IMG/VR virus record: IMGVR_UViG_3300044638_001368
Location: 1 to 62,907 of that record
Reading direction: 5' to 3' (one strand)
DNA length: 62,907 bases
DNA from: a virus
Taxonomy: Duplodnaviria; Caudoviricetes
The notes beneath the pieces were generated by a model. The model saw only the letters and a program-made list of their open reading frames with translations, made no database searches and was not told the origin of the DNA. The translations under genes and the position numbers were made by a program. This document shows positions 8,568 through 16,473 of this stretch, in pieces (within the stretch, counting starts at the first letter, position 1; every line of letters starts with the position of its first letter).

Positions 8568-9320
8568 TTACAAGTTAGCCAAAGACAGCGAGCCGAAGTA
8601 CGTCGTGCCGCCGTCAAACGTGATGAAATTGAAAATATCAACCTTGCCAACCGTTGTTGTCAGGGAAGGAGTCGAATTATTAGGGAACTTTACAGAAGCA
8701 GGCCAAGTGGCCGTGTAGGAACCCGATCCACCCTGCTTGATAGCAATCAGGAAATTAGACGTTGTGCCGCCAGCAGCCGGGTTTGAGAACGTAAATGTCG
8801 TGCTACCGGTCAAAGTTATATTGAAAATGTTAGCCGTAGACATGTCAACGGTGAAGGTGCCGGTGACGGTTGCGTTAGTCGTGGTTGTTTCGCGGTAGGC
8901 TGCAAACGTAGGTGTGGTCAGCGCCGTTCCGTTAAAAGTTAAAGTCGCCGCATCAGTGAGTAGACCATCAGTTGTAACAAAAGGCACACGACCTGAAGTA
9001 AGCGCGGCGCTGTTAAGGTTTACAGACCGCTCTGAGGGGTAAGTTACGAAGACGTTGGAAGTACCACTAAGGGTGATCTTAGTAGTACCGCCCGCGCTGG
9101 AGGAAAGTACAGTAGTACGTGCTAGTGTAGTACCAGACGACGTGTAGGTACCGATACCAACTTCCCAGTTGTTACCGCTCGTAAGCGTGTAGTACGTCGT
9201 ATTACCATCACCTACAACCGCAAAAGACTGATAGCCAGTAAGGGCACCAGCAAGTGTTACCGTGCCAGTGCCCGTTGTGGTAGTCGTCTCTTGTACGCGG
9301 TCTGCGAGAACTAACGCCAT
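8568..9320 (-). CDS. Tail fibre/baseplate-associated structural protein
   Basis: MALVLADRVQETTTTTGTG N-terminus; C-terminal QGGSGSYTATWPASVKFP...VDIFNFIT domain typical of phage tail proteins. Confidence 0.65.
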   Translation of the reverse strand: MALVLADRVQETTTTTGTGTVTLAGALTGYQSFAVVGDGNTTYYTLTSGNNWEVGIGTYTSSGTTLARTTVLSSSAGGTTKITLSGTSNVFVTYPSERSVNLNSAALTSGRVPFVTTDGLLTDAATLTFNGTALTTPTFAAYRETTTTNATVTGTFTVDMSTANIFNITLTGSTTFTFSNPAAGGTTSNFLIAIKQGGSGSYTATWPASVKFPNNSTPSLTTTVGKVDIFNFITFDGGTTYFGSLSLANL

Positions 9321-9794
9321 TTAGGCAATCCTGATGATAGCCGTCGTGTTGGTGGCGGCAGGGAAAATGATGGTAAAGTCACCCGCAGTGGATGTCTTGT
9401 CCGAACCAAAGTCCAACGCACACACCGCAGCGTTCGTCAGCGTGGTGTTCGCCGTGCCGTTAGCCGAAGGCGTGGTGTTATAGATAAGCGCACCGCGAGC
9501 CGTGATTGTGGCCGTGCTGAACGTCAGGTCGCTGAAGTCCGTGAAACCCGTACCCGCCGAGGCATTGGTGTTGGTCGCAGTCACACCGCTATTAACCAGT
9601 GCGCCGCCGCCAGCCGAATAGTTCGTGCCGGTAACTTCGTTGGAAGACGTATATGCCGTGGTGTTGGCGTCAATCGTAGCCGACGAAGTATATAGCGCCA
9701 GCTTGAAAGAGTCGCCGGATGTAGCCCGGAAGTCGTGCACGGCCAGCATAAGTTCGGCTTTAAAGCTAGTGCACATTGTCTGCGTGATTGCCAT
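9321..9794 (-). CDS. Virion structural protein
   Basis: MAITQTMCTSFKAEL...FKLALYTS...LDFGSDKTST; Thr/Ala/Ser-rich; tail cluster. Confidence 0.65.
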   Translation of the reverse strand: MAITQTMCTSFKAELMLAVHDFRATSGDSFKLALYTSSATIDANTTAYTSSNEVTGTNYSAGGGALVNSGVTATNTNASAGTGFTDFSDLTFSTATITARGALIYNTTPSANGTANTTLTNAAVCALDFGSDKTSTAGDFTIIFPAATNTTAIIRIA

Positions 9795-9804
9795 GGTATT
9801 CTCC

Positions 9805-10098
9805 TTAACTTTCTAAGATTGAAGCCAACTCTGGGTGGCCTACGTTGTTGAGTTTATTTACCAGAGTAACATGATTAGACCTAATGGCCTCGTGCATGTA
9901 GAACACCAGCACCTTGCGGATGCTGTCTTTAAAAGCTTCGGCCTGATCCCGGATAGCGGGATGGCTCTGGCTACCTACGTAGACAATCTTGTTCAGCGCA
10001 CGTTCGGCAATTTCTTCAGGCGTAAACCCACGGTTGCTGGTGGTCTGCACCATGACGCTGCCAGCTTCGACACCAAAAAGGATGGACATGTCGCTCAT
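9805..10098 (-). CDS. Conserved hypothetical phage protein
   Basis: TTSNRGFTPEEIAE...HPAIRDQAEAFK; operon position. Confidence 0.6.
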   Translation of the reverse strand: MSDMSILFGVEAGSVMVQTTSNRGFTPEEIAERALNKIVYVGSQSHPAIRDQAEAFKDSIRKVLVFYMHEAIRSNHVTLVNKLNNVGHPELASILES

Positions 10099-10757
10099 CG
10101 AACGGGGTACCTGATCTGGGTTGTACGGTACATGTCTTGCCGGTTCTTACCTTCACCCAGCGCCTTGAGCTGCGCCAGCGCTTCGTTATACCGCTCTTGG
10201 TACTTAGCAAGGACATCAGCCTCACCTTTCATGAAGGTGTAAGCTTCCAGCAAAGAGCCGTAGAGCAGGGCAGAACTGAAGTTGTCACCCAACCACGACG
10301 TACCAGCGGTCACGATAGACTGCGGGTAGTAGAAATAGTGCAGTTCCATTTCGTAGCTTGCATCCGGCGTAGGGCCGAGGATGTAGGAGTTCTGGTCAAA
10401 CATGGCATAGTGGGTGGGCTTGCCAGTGGTCGCCGGGTACGGGAACGCTTCGCGGATGAAGTTAACATCCTTGTTCAGTAGGTACTCGTACGCCCCGCTA
10501 GTCGGGTCGATCACAGCAAGTGAGAAGTTAGCCAGCCAGTCAGACGGTACGCTCAGATACTTGTTCGCAGCCGTAGCATTGCCCGTCACGTTCTTACGCA
10601 GTTCAAGCAGCTGCACATTATTGTATAGGCGCTGCTCAGCCTGTTCGACAAACGTAGCTACCTGCTCCGCAGACGTGAGACCACCAGACCCCGCCGTGTC
10701 CGGGAAGTCGTTCTCAGTGTAAGCCTGTATCGTTTCGACAAGCGTGGCGTAGTTCAT
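10095..10757 (-). CDS. Head-tail adaptor/tail tubular A-like protein
   Basis: MNYATLVETIQAYTEN...AEQRLY...GPTPDASY...LLYGSLLEAYTFMK. Confidence 0.65.
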   Translation of the reverse strand: MNYATLVETIQAYTENDFPDTAGSGGLTSAEQVATFVEQAEQRLYNNVQLLELRKNVTGNATAANKYLSVPSDWLANFSLAVIDPTSGAYEYLLNKDVNFIREAFPYPATTGKPTHYAMFDQNSYILGPTPDASYEMELHYFYYPQSIVTAGTSWLGDNFSSALLYGSLLEAYTFMKGEADVLAKYQERYNEALAQLKALGEGKNRQDMYRTTQIRYPVR

Positions 10758-10906
10758 TAGCCCATCTTTTTGCTGCTATTGGTACCCTTGGTCGCCGCGC
10801 CAGTGCCCCGAGTCTTCAGGGTCTGGGTGTTGGCAACGTTATTCGGGTAGCCACTATTGCCGTTAATTGGCACCGGCTTCGGCTGTCTGTAAGTAGTAAT
10901 AGCCAT
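10757..10906 (-). CDS. Small basic virion protein (49 aa, not in ORF track)
   Basis: Read manually: MAITTYRQPKPVPINGNSGYPNNVANTQTLKTRGTGAATKGTNSSKKMG; exactly fills the gap between neighbours. Confidence 0.7.
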   Translation of the reverse strand: MAITTYRQPKPVPINGNSGYPNNVANTQTLKTRGTGAATKGTNSSKKMG

Positions 10907-11089
10907 CTACGTGCCCTTCTTCTGGTTTGCCACCTTGGCGAGACCGCGACCCAACGTCTTCATCTGCATGTTAGTCTTGCCGCCCTTAGCCAGCTTCGTC
11001 AGCGGCTTACCCGGGTGCATACCCTTTTCATGCTTGTGGACAGCGGCCTTAACCATGCCCTTATCCTGCTTAATATCGCTTTTAGCCAT
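10907..11089 (-). CDS. Small Lys-rich protein
   Basis: 60 aa, LAKGGK motif, GGAG SD upstream. Confidence 0.7.
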   Translation of the reverse strand: MAKSDIKQDKGMVKAAVHKHEKGMHPGKPLTKLAKGGKTNMQMKTLGRGLAKVANQKKGT

Positions 11090-11098
11090 CTGGTACTC

Positions 11099-11536
11099 CT
11101 ATGTAATTTGTATGGTCACTGTGCCTATTTGTCCTTGCCCTACCAAACTATCTGTAAGACCTGATAACTGCAAAGGGTTGTTTAACCCCACAGGGTTGTA
11201 GCCCCACTGTATAACACGACTACCGCCCGAAGGGTCACCAAAAGATATAGCCGCCGTGGGGTTTGGGGGGTTAACCGTCAAAATCTGCAAACCGGTCAAA
11301 CCAGCCTGTAGGTACGTGGTATCCCGCCTTGGGTTGCGCAGAGCCTGTGGGTCGTCCACGGGGTACATACCCAGCTGGAGCTGGGGCTGGTCAGGTTCCC
11401 AGCAGGTGGGGCAAACCAAGATATTCACGTTCTTAGTCTTAATGACGAGCTGCCGCAGCTCCTTCAGCATGTACTGAAAGCCGCACCTATCGCACATGGC
11501 GATGGCTTTTTTACCAGAGGCGAACCTATTGGGCAT
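11099..11536 (-). CDS. Zn-finger (CxxC...CxxC) virion morphogenesis protein
   Basis: CDRCG...VCPTCWE; C-terminal GQIGTVTI. Confidence 0.65.
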   Translation of the reverse strand: MPNRFASGKKAIAMCDRCGFQYMLKELRQLVIKTKNVNILVCPTCWEPDQPQLQLGMYPVDDPQALRNPRRDTTYLQAGLTGLQILTVNPPNPTAAISFGDPSGGSRVIQWGYNPVGLNNPLQLSGLTDSLVGQGQIGTVTIQIT

Positions 11537-11545
11537 AGCCGCCCC

Positions 11546-12256
11546 CTAGAAGAACATCTGGCGCGGAGCAAGTCTCAAGGACGCCTTTTCTCGGTCCTCG
11601 TCTGCCGCCAACTGCCATGATTCGTCGTACATCGCCTTCAGCATAGGCACCCTCGGTAGGGCATCCGGTAGCTTAATCGACAGGTAATAGGCCAATCCAG
11701 CCACCAAGGCCGGGAGCAGGCGGAACGGGATGTCCTGAGTATTGACGCCGTTACCCGCGTCCTGAATACGGCGCAGCCGCCAGTAGACGAACGTGTAGAA
11801 ATTACTCTGGTCTGGGGTAGGCCAGACGTTGATATTTGGGTAGGCCACCCCCGTAGTCGGCTCGGTAGCCCCTGACTGCCTATTGATCCAGACCTGAATG
11901 GGACGGCCTTGGGTCAGCTTGTTGGGGATGGTAGCGTAAGTATCTACGCTAATACGGGTAATATTGATGTCGGTCTGGTTGGAGCCAGTACCGGTACGGA
12001 TGACGTGGTCCAGCAGATCAATGGTATCTGCCGGGAGGCTGTAGGTAACCGTGCCCTGAGTCATGGCTATGGACCCCTGTTCAATGGTCCACAGGTTTAT
12101 CCCCTTATTTGCCCACTCTATTGTCAACAGGTTAAGGCTACGCCGCGCTGTACGCATGTCGTAACCCGTGCGCATCTCAGCACCGCAACGCTCAAAGGCT
12201 TCTTCAATCAGATTATTTAGGTCAAGATTGAAGGTTGTGGTACCGGAAGTGGTCAC
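11546..12256 (-). CDS. Head-tail connector (P22 gp4/tail tubular A-like)
   Basis: TTSGTTTFNL...IEEAFERCG...ARRSLNLL...PFRLLPALVAGLAYYLS. Confidence 0.7.
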   Translation of the reverse strand: MTTSGTTTFNLDLNNLIEEAFERCGAEMRTGYDMRTARRSLNLLTIEWANKGINLWTIEQGSIAMTQGTVTYSLPADTIDLLDHVIRTGTGSNQTDINITRISVDTYATIPNKLTQGRPIQVWINRQSGATEPTTGVAYPNINVWPTPDQSNFYTFVYWRLRRIQDAGNGVNTQDIPFRLLPALVAGLAYYLSIKLPDALPRVPMLKAMYDESWQLAADEDREKASLRLAPRQMFF

Positions 12257-12529
12257 TTACTTACCTTTCTTGAAGCCCTTCAGCATCTTGGCAAAACGGG
12301 CCCGCTGACCAAGCTTACCGGGGGCTTTAGTAGCCTTAGCCAGTTTACCAGCCGCGATAGGCTCGCCCTTCTTGGCACCAAGGCTGGCCCGCAACGCACC
12401 GGGCTTCTTGATGGCCTTGGCAATGTTGAGCCTACCGCCCTTTTTCATGTAACCCATTTTGTTACGTACATCCGTGGGCAACTTAGACAGTCCGGGATTA
12501 GCGCTGGGATCAACCGGTTTGAGTGCCAT
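12257..12529 (-). CDS. Small Lys-rich protein
   Basis: MKKGG and AIKKPGALRASLG motifs. Confidence 0.7.
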   Translation of the reverse strand: MALKPVDPSANPGLSKLPTDVRNKMGYMKKGGRLNIAKAIKKPGALRASLGAKKGEPIAAGKLAKATKAPGKLGQRARFAKMLKGFKKGK

Positions 12530-12783
12530 TATCTGAACCCTTTCGTTTTGTTTGCGATATTCTTTGGCTGCTTAACGAATTGCTTACCCGCAGCTTTACC
12601 AGTTCGCTTGGCCTTTGTCGTCGCTGCATATTCCGCAGAAGACAAAGACTTTATCGCGTTCTCCGGTAAGTACCGTTCACCTGTCGCCTTGGGTCCCTGC
12701 GTCGATGGCTTACCGCTTTTGGTCCGCCACTTTTGCTGGGTCCAAGACTTCAGGCTCTGCTGGGATTTAGCAAGCCCGCTCAC
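12529..12783 (-). CDS. Small basic protein (DUF5872-like C-terminal half)
   Basis: SQQSLKSWTQQKWRTKSG...GERYLP. Confidence 0.6.
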   Translation of the reverse strand: MSGLAKSQQSLKSWTQQKWRTKSGKPSTQGPKATGERYLPENAIKSLSSAEYAATTKAKRTGKAAGKQFVKQPKNIANKTKGFR

Positions 12784-13277
12784 TTATAACCGCCGCCCTT
12801 CTTCTTGTACTGCAAGGCTAGCATCTGGGCTTTGCGGGCCGACCACTGACCCGGTGCACCGCCCTTACCACCAGACTTGATGGAGCTAAACAACGACTTA
12901 CGCATACCCGGTTTGGTGTAGTTTCCAGCTGCGTTAACCTTTGACGTACCACCCTTGGCCTTACGACGACTTTCAGGGACGTACGGCTTCCCATCGGGAC
13001 CCTTGACCAGAGGCTTATTCCCAACGATATCCTCATCGCTAGGCCCCAGACGCTTCATCGGGGCTTCTTTCTTCGGTTCAGCCTTCGGACGCGGGCGGGT
13101 AACGATTTCGTTAATCCGGTCAAAGCTTTCCTTGACCGAATCACCACCAGCGTACTTCTTCACCTTGCCGCCCTTAGCGTACATCTCGACCTTATCCGGG
13201 TTGTCTTTCCGGGTGATCGTCTTTGCCTTGGGCATCTTAGAGGGGGACATAATGCCCATACCCCGGGACGGTCTCAT
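12780..13277 (-). CDS. Lys-rich protein ending in a DUF5872-like N-terminal half
   Basis: YAKGG and YAGG motifs; C-terminal YTKPGMRK...GQWSARKAQMLA...GGGYK; start reassigned to ATG 13277. Confidence 0.6.
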   Translation of the reverse strand: MRPSRGMGIMSPSKMPKAKTITRKDNPDKVEMYAKGGKVKKYAGGDSVKESFDRINEIVTRPRPKAEPKKEAPMKRLGPSDEDIVGNKPLVKGPDGKPYVPESRRKAKGGTSKVNAAGNYTKPGMRKSLFSSIKSGGKGGAPGQWSARKAQMLALQYKKKGGGYK

Positions 13278-13278
13278 A

Positions 13279-13539
13279 TCAGCACTTGCCGCCATTCTTC
13301 ATGGTGATCTGCTTGGCCTTAGTCTTGCCCTTCGTGGCAATACCGTCAGTGGAAGAGCGGAACGAACCACCCTTGGCGTACATTCCGCCCATGTTCATCT
13401 TCTTCGCGGAGCCACCCTTCTTCATGCCCATGCCCATCGGGGCAGCAGGAGCAGCCATTGCACCACGACCAGCGCGAGCAGCCATAGCGCGACCCATCAT
13501 GTCCTTAAGCGCACCCATCTTCTTGTTAGACTTTTTCAT
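13279..13539 (-). CDS. Small Met/Lys/Gly-rich protein
   Basis: MKKGG, YAKGG, DGIATKGKTK motifs. Confidence 0.7.
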   Translation of the reverse strand: MKKSNKKMGALKDMMGRAMAARAGRGAMAAPAAPMGMGMKKGGSAKKMNMGGMYAKGGSFRSSTDGIATKGKTKAKQITMKNGGKC

Positions 13540-13835
13540 TAGCGCATCTTTCCTTTTGTCTTACCTTTTATGGCTATACCGTCACCACGACGGGAAGCTG
13601 AACTCTTAGCCGGGGCGCTCTTGGCCTTGGCCTTGACTTTACCACCCTTTTTGAACGGGGTGGGACGGCTAGCCATGGGGCCCATAGCGTTAAACGCCGG
13701 GGGGTTGGTGCCCATCGCAGGGTTCTGGTTCGGCATATTCGTGCCCATCGTCTGACCCGGCATGGGGTTCATCTGGTTAAACCCGTAGTTAGGGGTACCA
13801 GAAGCTACGTTACCACCATCTGCATACTTCTTCAT
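13539..13835 (-). CDS. Small basic protein
   Basis: Start reassigned to MKKYADGG (ATG 13835); FKKGG and RGDGIAIKGKTKG motifs. Confidence 0.65.
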   Translation of the reverse strand: MKKYADGGNVASGTPNYGFNQMNPMPGQTMGTNMPNQNPAMGTNPPAFNAMGPMASRPTPFKKGGKVKAKAKSAPAKSSASRRGDGIAIKGKTKGKMR

Positions 13836-13839
13836 GGCC

Positions 13840-14085
13840 TTAGCCTTTTTTGTTGATTTCGTCGATTTTTGTTTCAAGCCGTAGAAAAGCCGCATCAAAG
13901 CGGTCACCCAGTTTCTCAAAATCACGGCTGTACTCCGCTCTAGTAATATGATCCCGGGCAATCTCTTCCCGGGTCTTGTTCATAAGGATACCAAGACGAG
14001 CCAGCTCGTCAAACTTGCCCTTCAGCAAAAGCCCCATGCCTGCTACAATAGCACTAAGAATAATGTTCCAGATCATCATTTCCAC
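13840..14085 (-). CDS. Small membrane-anchored coiled-coil protein
   Basis: N-terminal hydrophobic helix followed by LMNKTREEIARDH coiled coil. Confidence 0.6.
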   Translation of the reverse strand: MEMMIWNIILSAIVAGMGLLLKGKFDELARLGILMNKTREEIARDHITRAEYSRDFEKLGDRFDAAFLRLETKIDEINKKG

Positions 14086-14086
14086 G

Positions 14087-14341
14087 TCAGCAGTCCCACG
14101 CCCTAAGGCTTTTGTTGATCCGGCTATTGGGGTCGTTAGCGGTCTTGGCGCTGGTAAGCTTCTTCTTCATCCCGGACATCCGGGCACAAAATGACTTCTT
14201 GCGGGCACCACCTTCAGGCTGGGGGCGCTTCAGGCCGGGTTTCCCGGGGTTGGCAGCATTGTAGGAAGCACGTCCCTTGGCGTTTAGACCGCCCTTGGGG
14301 TTCTTACCTTCTTTGCGTGTCCATGCCGGGGACTTAGCCAT
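14087..14341 (-). CDS. Small basic protein (DUF6321-like)
   Basis: AWTRKEGKNPKGGLNAKGR...RKKSFCARM...SLRAWDC. Confidence 0.65.
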   Translation of the reverse strand: MAKSPAWTRKEGKNPKGGLNAKGRASYNAANPGKPGLKRPQPEGGARKKSFCARMSGMKKKLTSAKTANDPNSRINKSLRAWDC

Positions 14342-15074
14342 TGGACGCCTTCTGGTCAGGGACTATCATGGGGTAGAGGACATCGTTACCAAAAGCACCT
14401 TTGTACTCCTGCACGCCCATGTGACCCAGCTTGATGGTAGGGTCGATCCAGACTTCGAAGCCTTCGGCCCGGACGCGGTCACAGAAGAGGAAGTCCTCCC
14501 CCATGTAGCCCTCGGCGGTGACCTTGAAGTCGAACATGGCGTTCAGGCGGCGGTTAGACCGCTTGTCGTCGTATTCCCACTCAGGGTGCTTGGAAGACAG
14601 GACTTCGAAGACTTCGCGGCGGACCATCATGAAGGCAGTAGCCACCCGCTTCGCACGTACTAGGCCCATACCGTTCATGGTCAACTGGCCGTTCTCGTCG
14701 TAGTCTAGGTCGGTGATATAGACCTTGTCTTCGCTGCGCGTGCGGGGAACCCCGGCGACGATGCCCTTTTTGGGGTCCGAAGCCCAAGCCATAAGCCGGA
14801 AAACGTCGTCCGGTTCGAAGTTAATGTCGGAATCAATGAAGAGCAGGTCCGTGCAGTCGGACTCCAGCATGTCCTTAGCCAGCAGGTTGCGGACCCGGGA
14901 AACCACCGAGCAACCGCAGATACTGCCTATCTGGATACTGACACCGTGCTGGCCTGCGGACTGGGCAAAGCTAGCCAACGACACTGCCAACTTCAAGGAA
15001 ACCTTGAAATCGTAGGCTGGCAGAGCGATGAAGAGCCGCCTTCCCGCTAGTTCGTAACCCTTAGTTGCCGCCAC
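14334..15074 (-). CDS. GT-A fold glycosyltransferase-like protein (late copy)
   Basis: FIALPAY, SRVRN, LLFIDSD (DxD), GEDFLFC, LGHMG. Confidence 0.75.
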   Translation of the reverse strand: MAATKGYELAGRRLFIALPAYDFKVSLKLAVSLASFAQSAGQHGVSIQIGSICGCSVVSRVRNLLAKDMLESDCTDLLFIDSDINFEPDDVFRLMAWASDPKKGIVAGVPRTRSEDKVYITDLDYDENGQLTMNGMGLVRAKRVATAFMMVRREVFEVLSSKHPEWEYDDKRSNRRLNAMFDFKVTAEGYMGEDFLFCDRVRAEGFEVWIDPTIKLGHMGVQEYKGAFGNDVLYPMIVPDQKASNG

Positions 15075-15078
15075 AGCA

Positions 15079-15567
15079 TCACCCGTAGAATATGGTTGTG
15101 GTTAAGTTAGCGACTAGACCTACGTAGATACCGTTCTCGGCAAGGATACCTTCACCGGGGATAAAAGCGGTGAAAGAAGTGGAGTTGTAGCTATCCACTT
15201 CCATAAGGATCGTCGCGTACATCGTCACGTTGCCGTTTGTGGTCAGGCTTGCCGTGGTAACCGTGAAGGCGTTGGGGGAGGTGACGGTGACGGCGTAGAC
15301 GTTGTTTGTCGCACCGCTTCCCGTGGTGAAGTTCAGCCAAACCCTATCACCAGTAGTCAGACCATGAGCGGTAATCGTTACCGTACACACAGTAGAACCG
15401 GGAATATCGTAGGTACCCGTCTGGGTGCTGTTATCCGCGAAAACAGCGTTTCTAGCCGCTGCCGCAGCGTTAGCAGAGACAATAGCTCCCTTTAGGCGAG
15501 TACGGTAGTTAACCGCAACACCCGAAGCAGACATGTGCTTAGACTTGACATCATATTGCATTGCCAT
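15079..15567 (-). CDS. Virion structural/decoration protein
   Basis: Beta-rich, TVTITAHGLTTGD motif, IPGEGIL...GIYV C-terminus. Confidence 0.55.
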   Translation of the reverse strand: MAMQYDVKSKHMSASGVAVNYRTRLKGAIVSANAAAAARNAVFADNSTQTGTYDIPGSTVCTVTITAHGLTTGDRVWLNFTTGSGATNNVYAVTVTSPNAFTVTTASLTTNGNVTMYATILMEVDSYNSTSFTAFIPGEGILAENGIYVGLVANLTTTIFYG

Positions 15568-15727
15568 CAACGAGCTCCTTGGCTTCTTCCGGCGTATTAA
15601 GACGCTGAATAAGCATTTTATAAGCAGTTACAGTGGCTTGGGCCCTAGCGGTAAAGGTTTGTGCCTTTTCCATTTCGCGCTCCAAGTCACTGATTTCCGA
15701 AAGCAAAAAGTCTTCGGTTATCTGCAC
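15551..15727 (-). CDS. Small coiled-coil protein (58 aa, not in ORF track)
   Basis: Read manually from GTG: MQITEDFLLSEISDLEREMEKAQTFTARAQ...; fills the gap. Confidence 0.55.
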   Translation of the reverse strand: MQITEDFLLSEISDLEREMEKAQTFTARAQATVTAYKMLIQRLNTPEEAKELVDGNAI

Positions 15728-15728
15728 G

Positions 15729-16325
15729 TTAAGCTACCGTCGAGACCATGATGTAGTAGGTCGTCCCGTTGGCGCTCAACACCGGCATGGTGTGGGTGAC
15801 CGAGGGGCTGCCAACCGCCGCACGGAACACACCAGCAGCAGCAGGGGTCGGGACGCTCATCATGTTGGCGAGAACCTTGCTGCCCGAGTTGGTCACGCGA
15901 ATGAACGCAGCCGACGCCGGGACCGTGCAGTTAGACGCCAGATCACTATCGAGCTGGAGGGCCGACAGGGTGCCGCCCGGGTTAGCCAGAGCGCCCATGC
16001 CCAGAGTAGCACGCAGGGCGTTGCCCGCACCGGAGATGGTACCGGGGCTGTTGATCGACATCGAGATATGGGCACCATTGATCGTGCCACCAGTCGCCGC
16101 GCCAACGCCAGTCACAACCGAGAACGCACGAAGGGTTTCGCCCGAACCGGTGGAGGTGAAGGTCAGCTTTTCGTACACAAGGCGGGTGTCGCCCGAGGTG
16201 GCCGAAGTCGTGCCGAAAGAACTGGAAATGTTAGTAGCAGTAGTAACGGTAACGGGGTCGGAAGAAGTACCGCCGATAAAGCCGTTCTGGGACGCAACGG
16301 GTCCGCTAAAGGTAGTCTGGGCCAT
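15729..16325 (-). CDS. Capsid decoration/fibre-like protein
   Basis: MAQTTFSGPVASQNGF N-terminus; first gene after the major capsid gene; GGAGA SD. Confidence 0.6.
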   Translation of the reverse strand: MAQTTFSGPVASQNGFIGGTSSDPVTVTTATNISSSFGTTSATSGDTRLVYEKLTFTSTGSGETLRAFSVVTGVGAATGGTINGAHISMSINSPGTISGAGNALRATLGMGALANPGGTLSALQLDSDLASNCTVPASAAFIRVTNSGSKVLANMMSVPTPAAAGVFRAAVGSPSVTHTMPVLSANGTTYYIMVSTVA

Positions 16326-16338
16326 GGAAATTCTCCGT

Positions 16339-16410
16339 GTTGTAGCACATCCCCGTACCGTCTCTACAACGTCTGCTAGGACAGTCGGTACAGGTAAAGG
16401 AACCTAGATT
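16339..16410 (-). ncRNA. Candidate structured RNA leader (kissing-loop/double pseudoknot)
   Basis: Three interleaved helices of 5, 9 and 7 bp in order A-B-A'-C-B'-C', ending 2 nt before the SD of 15729-16325. Confidence 0.55.
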
Positions 16411-16433
16411 GGGAAAAACATACAGTCTATTAG

Positions 16434-16463
16434 AAAAAAGGGAAGGGGTTTTATCCCCTTCCC
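16434..16463 (-). terminator. Rho-independent terminator after the major capsid gene
   Basis: GGGAAGGGG/CCCCTTCCC stem followed by T6 on the minus strand. Confidence 0.8.
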
Positions 16464-16473
16464 CCTAGTCTTC

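Noticed and set aside
474-9320. Diversity-generating retroelement or invertible tail-fibre switch
   Set aside because: No reverse transcriptase, template/variable repeat pair or invertase recognised
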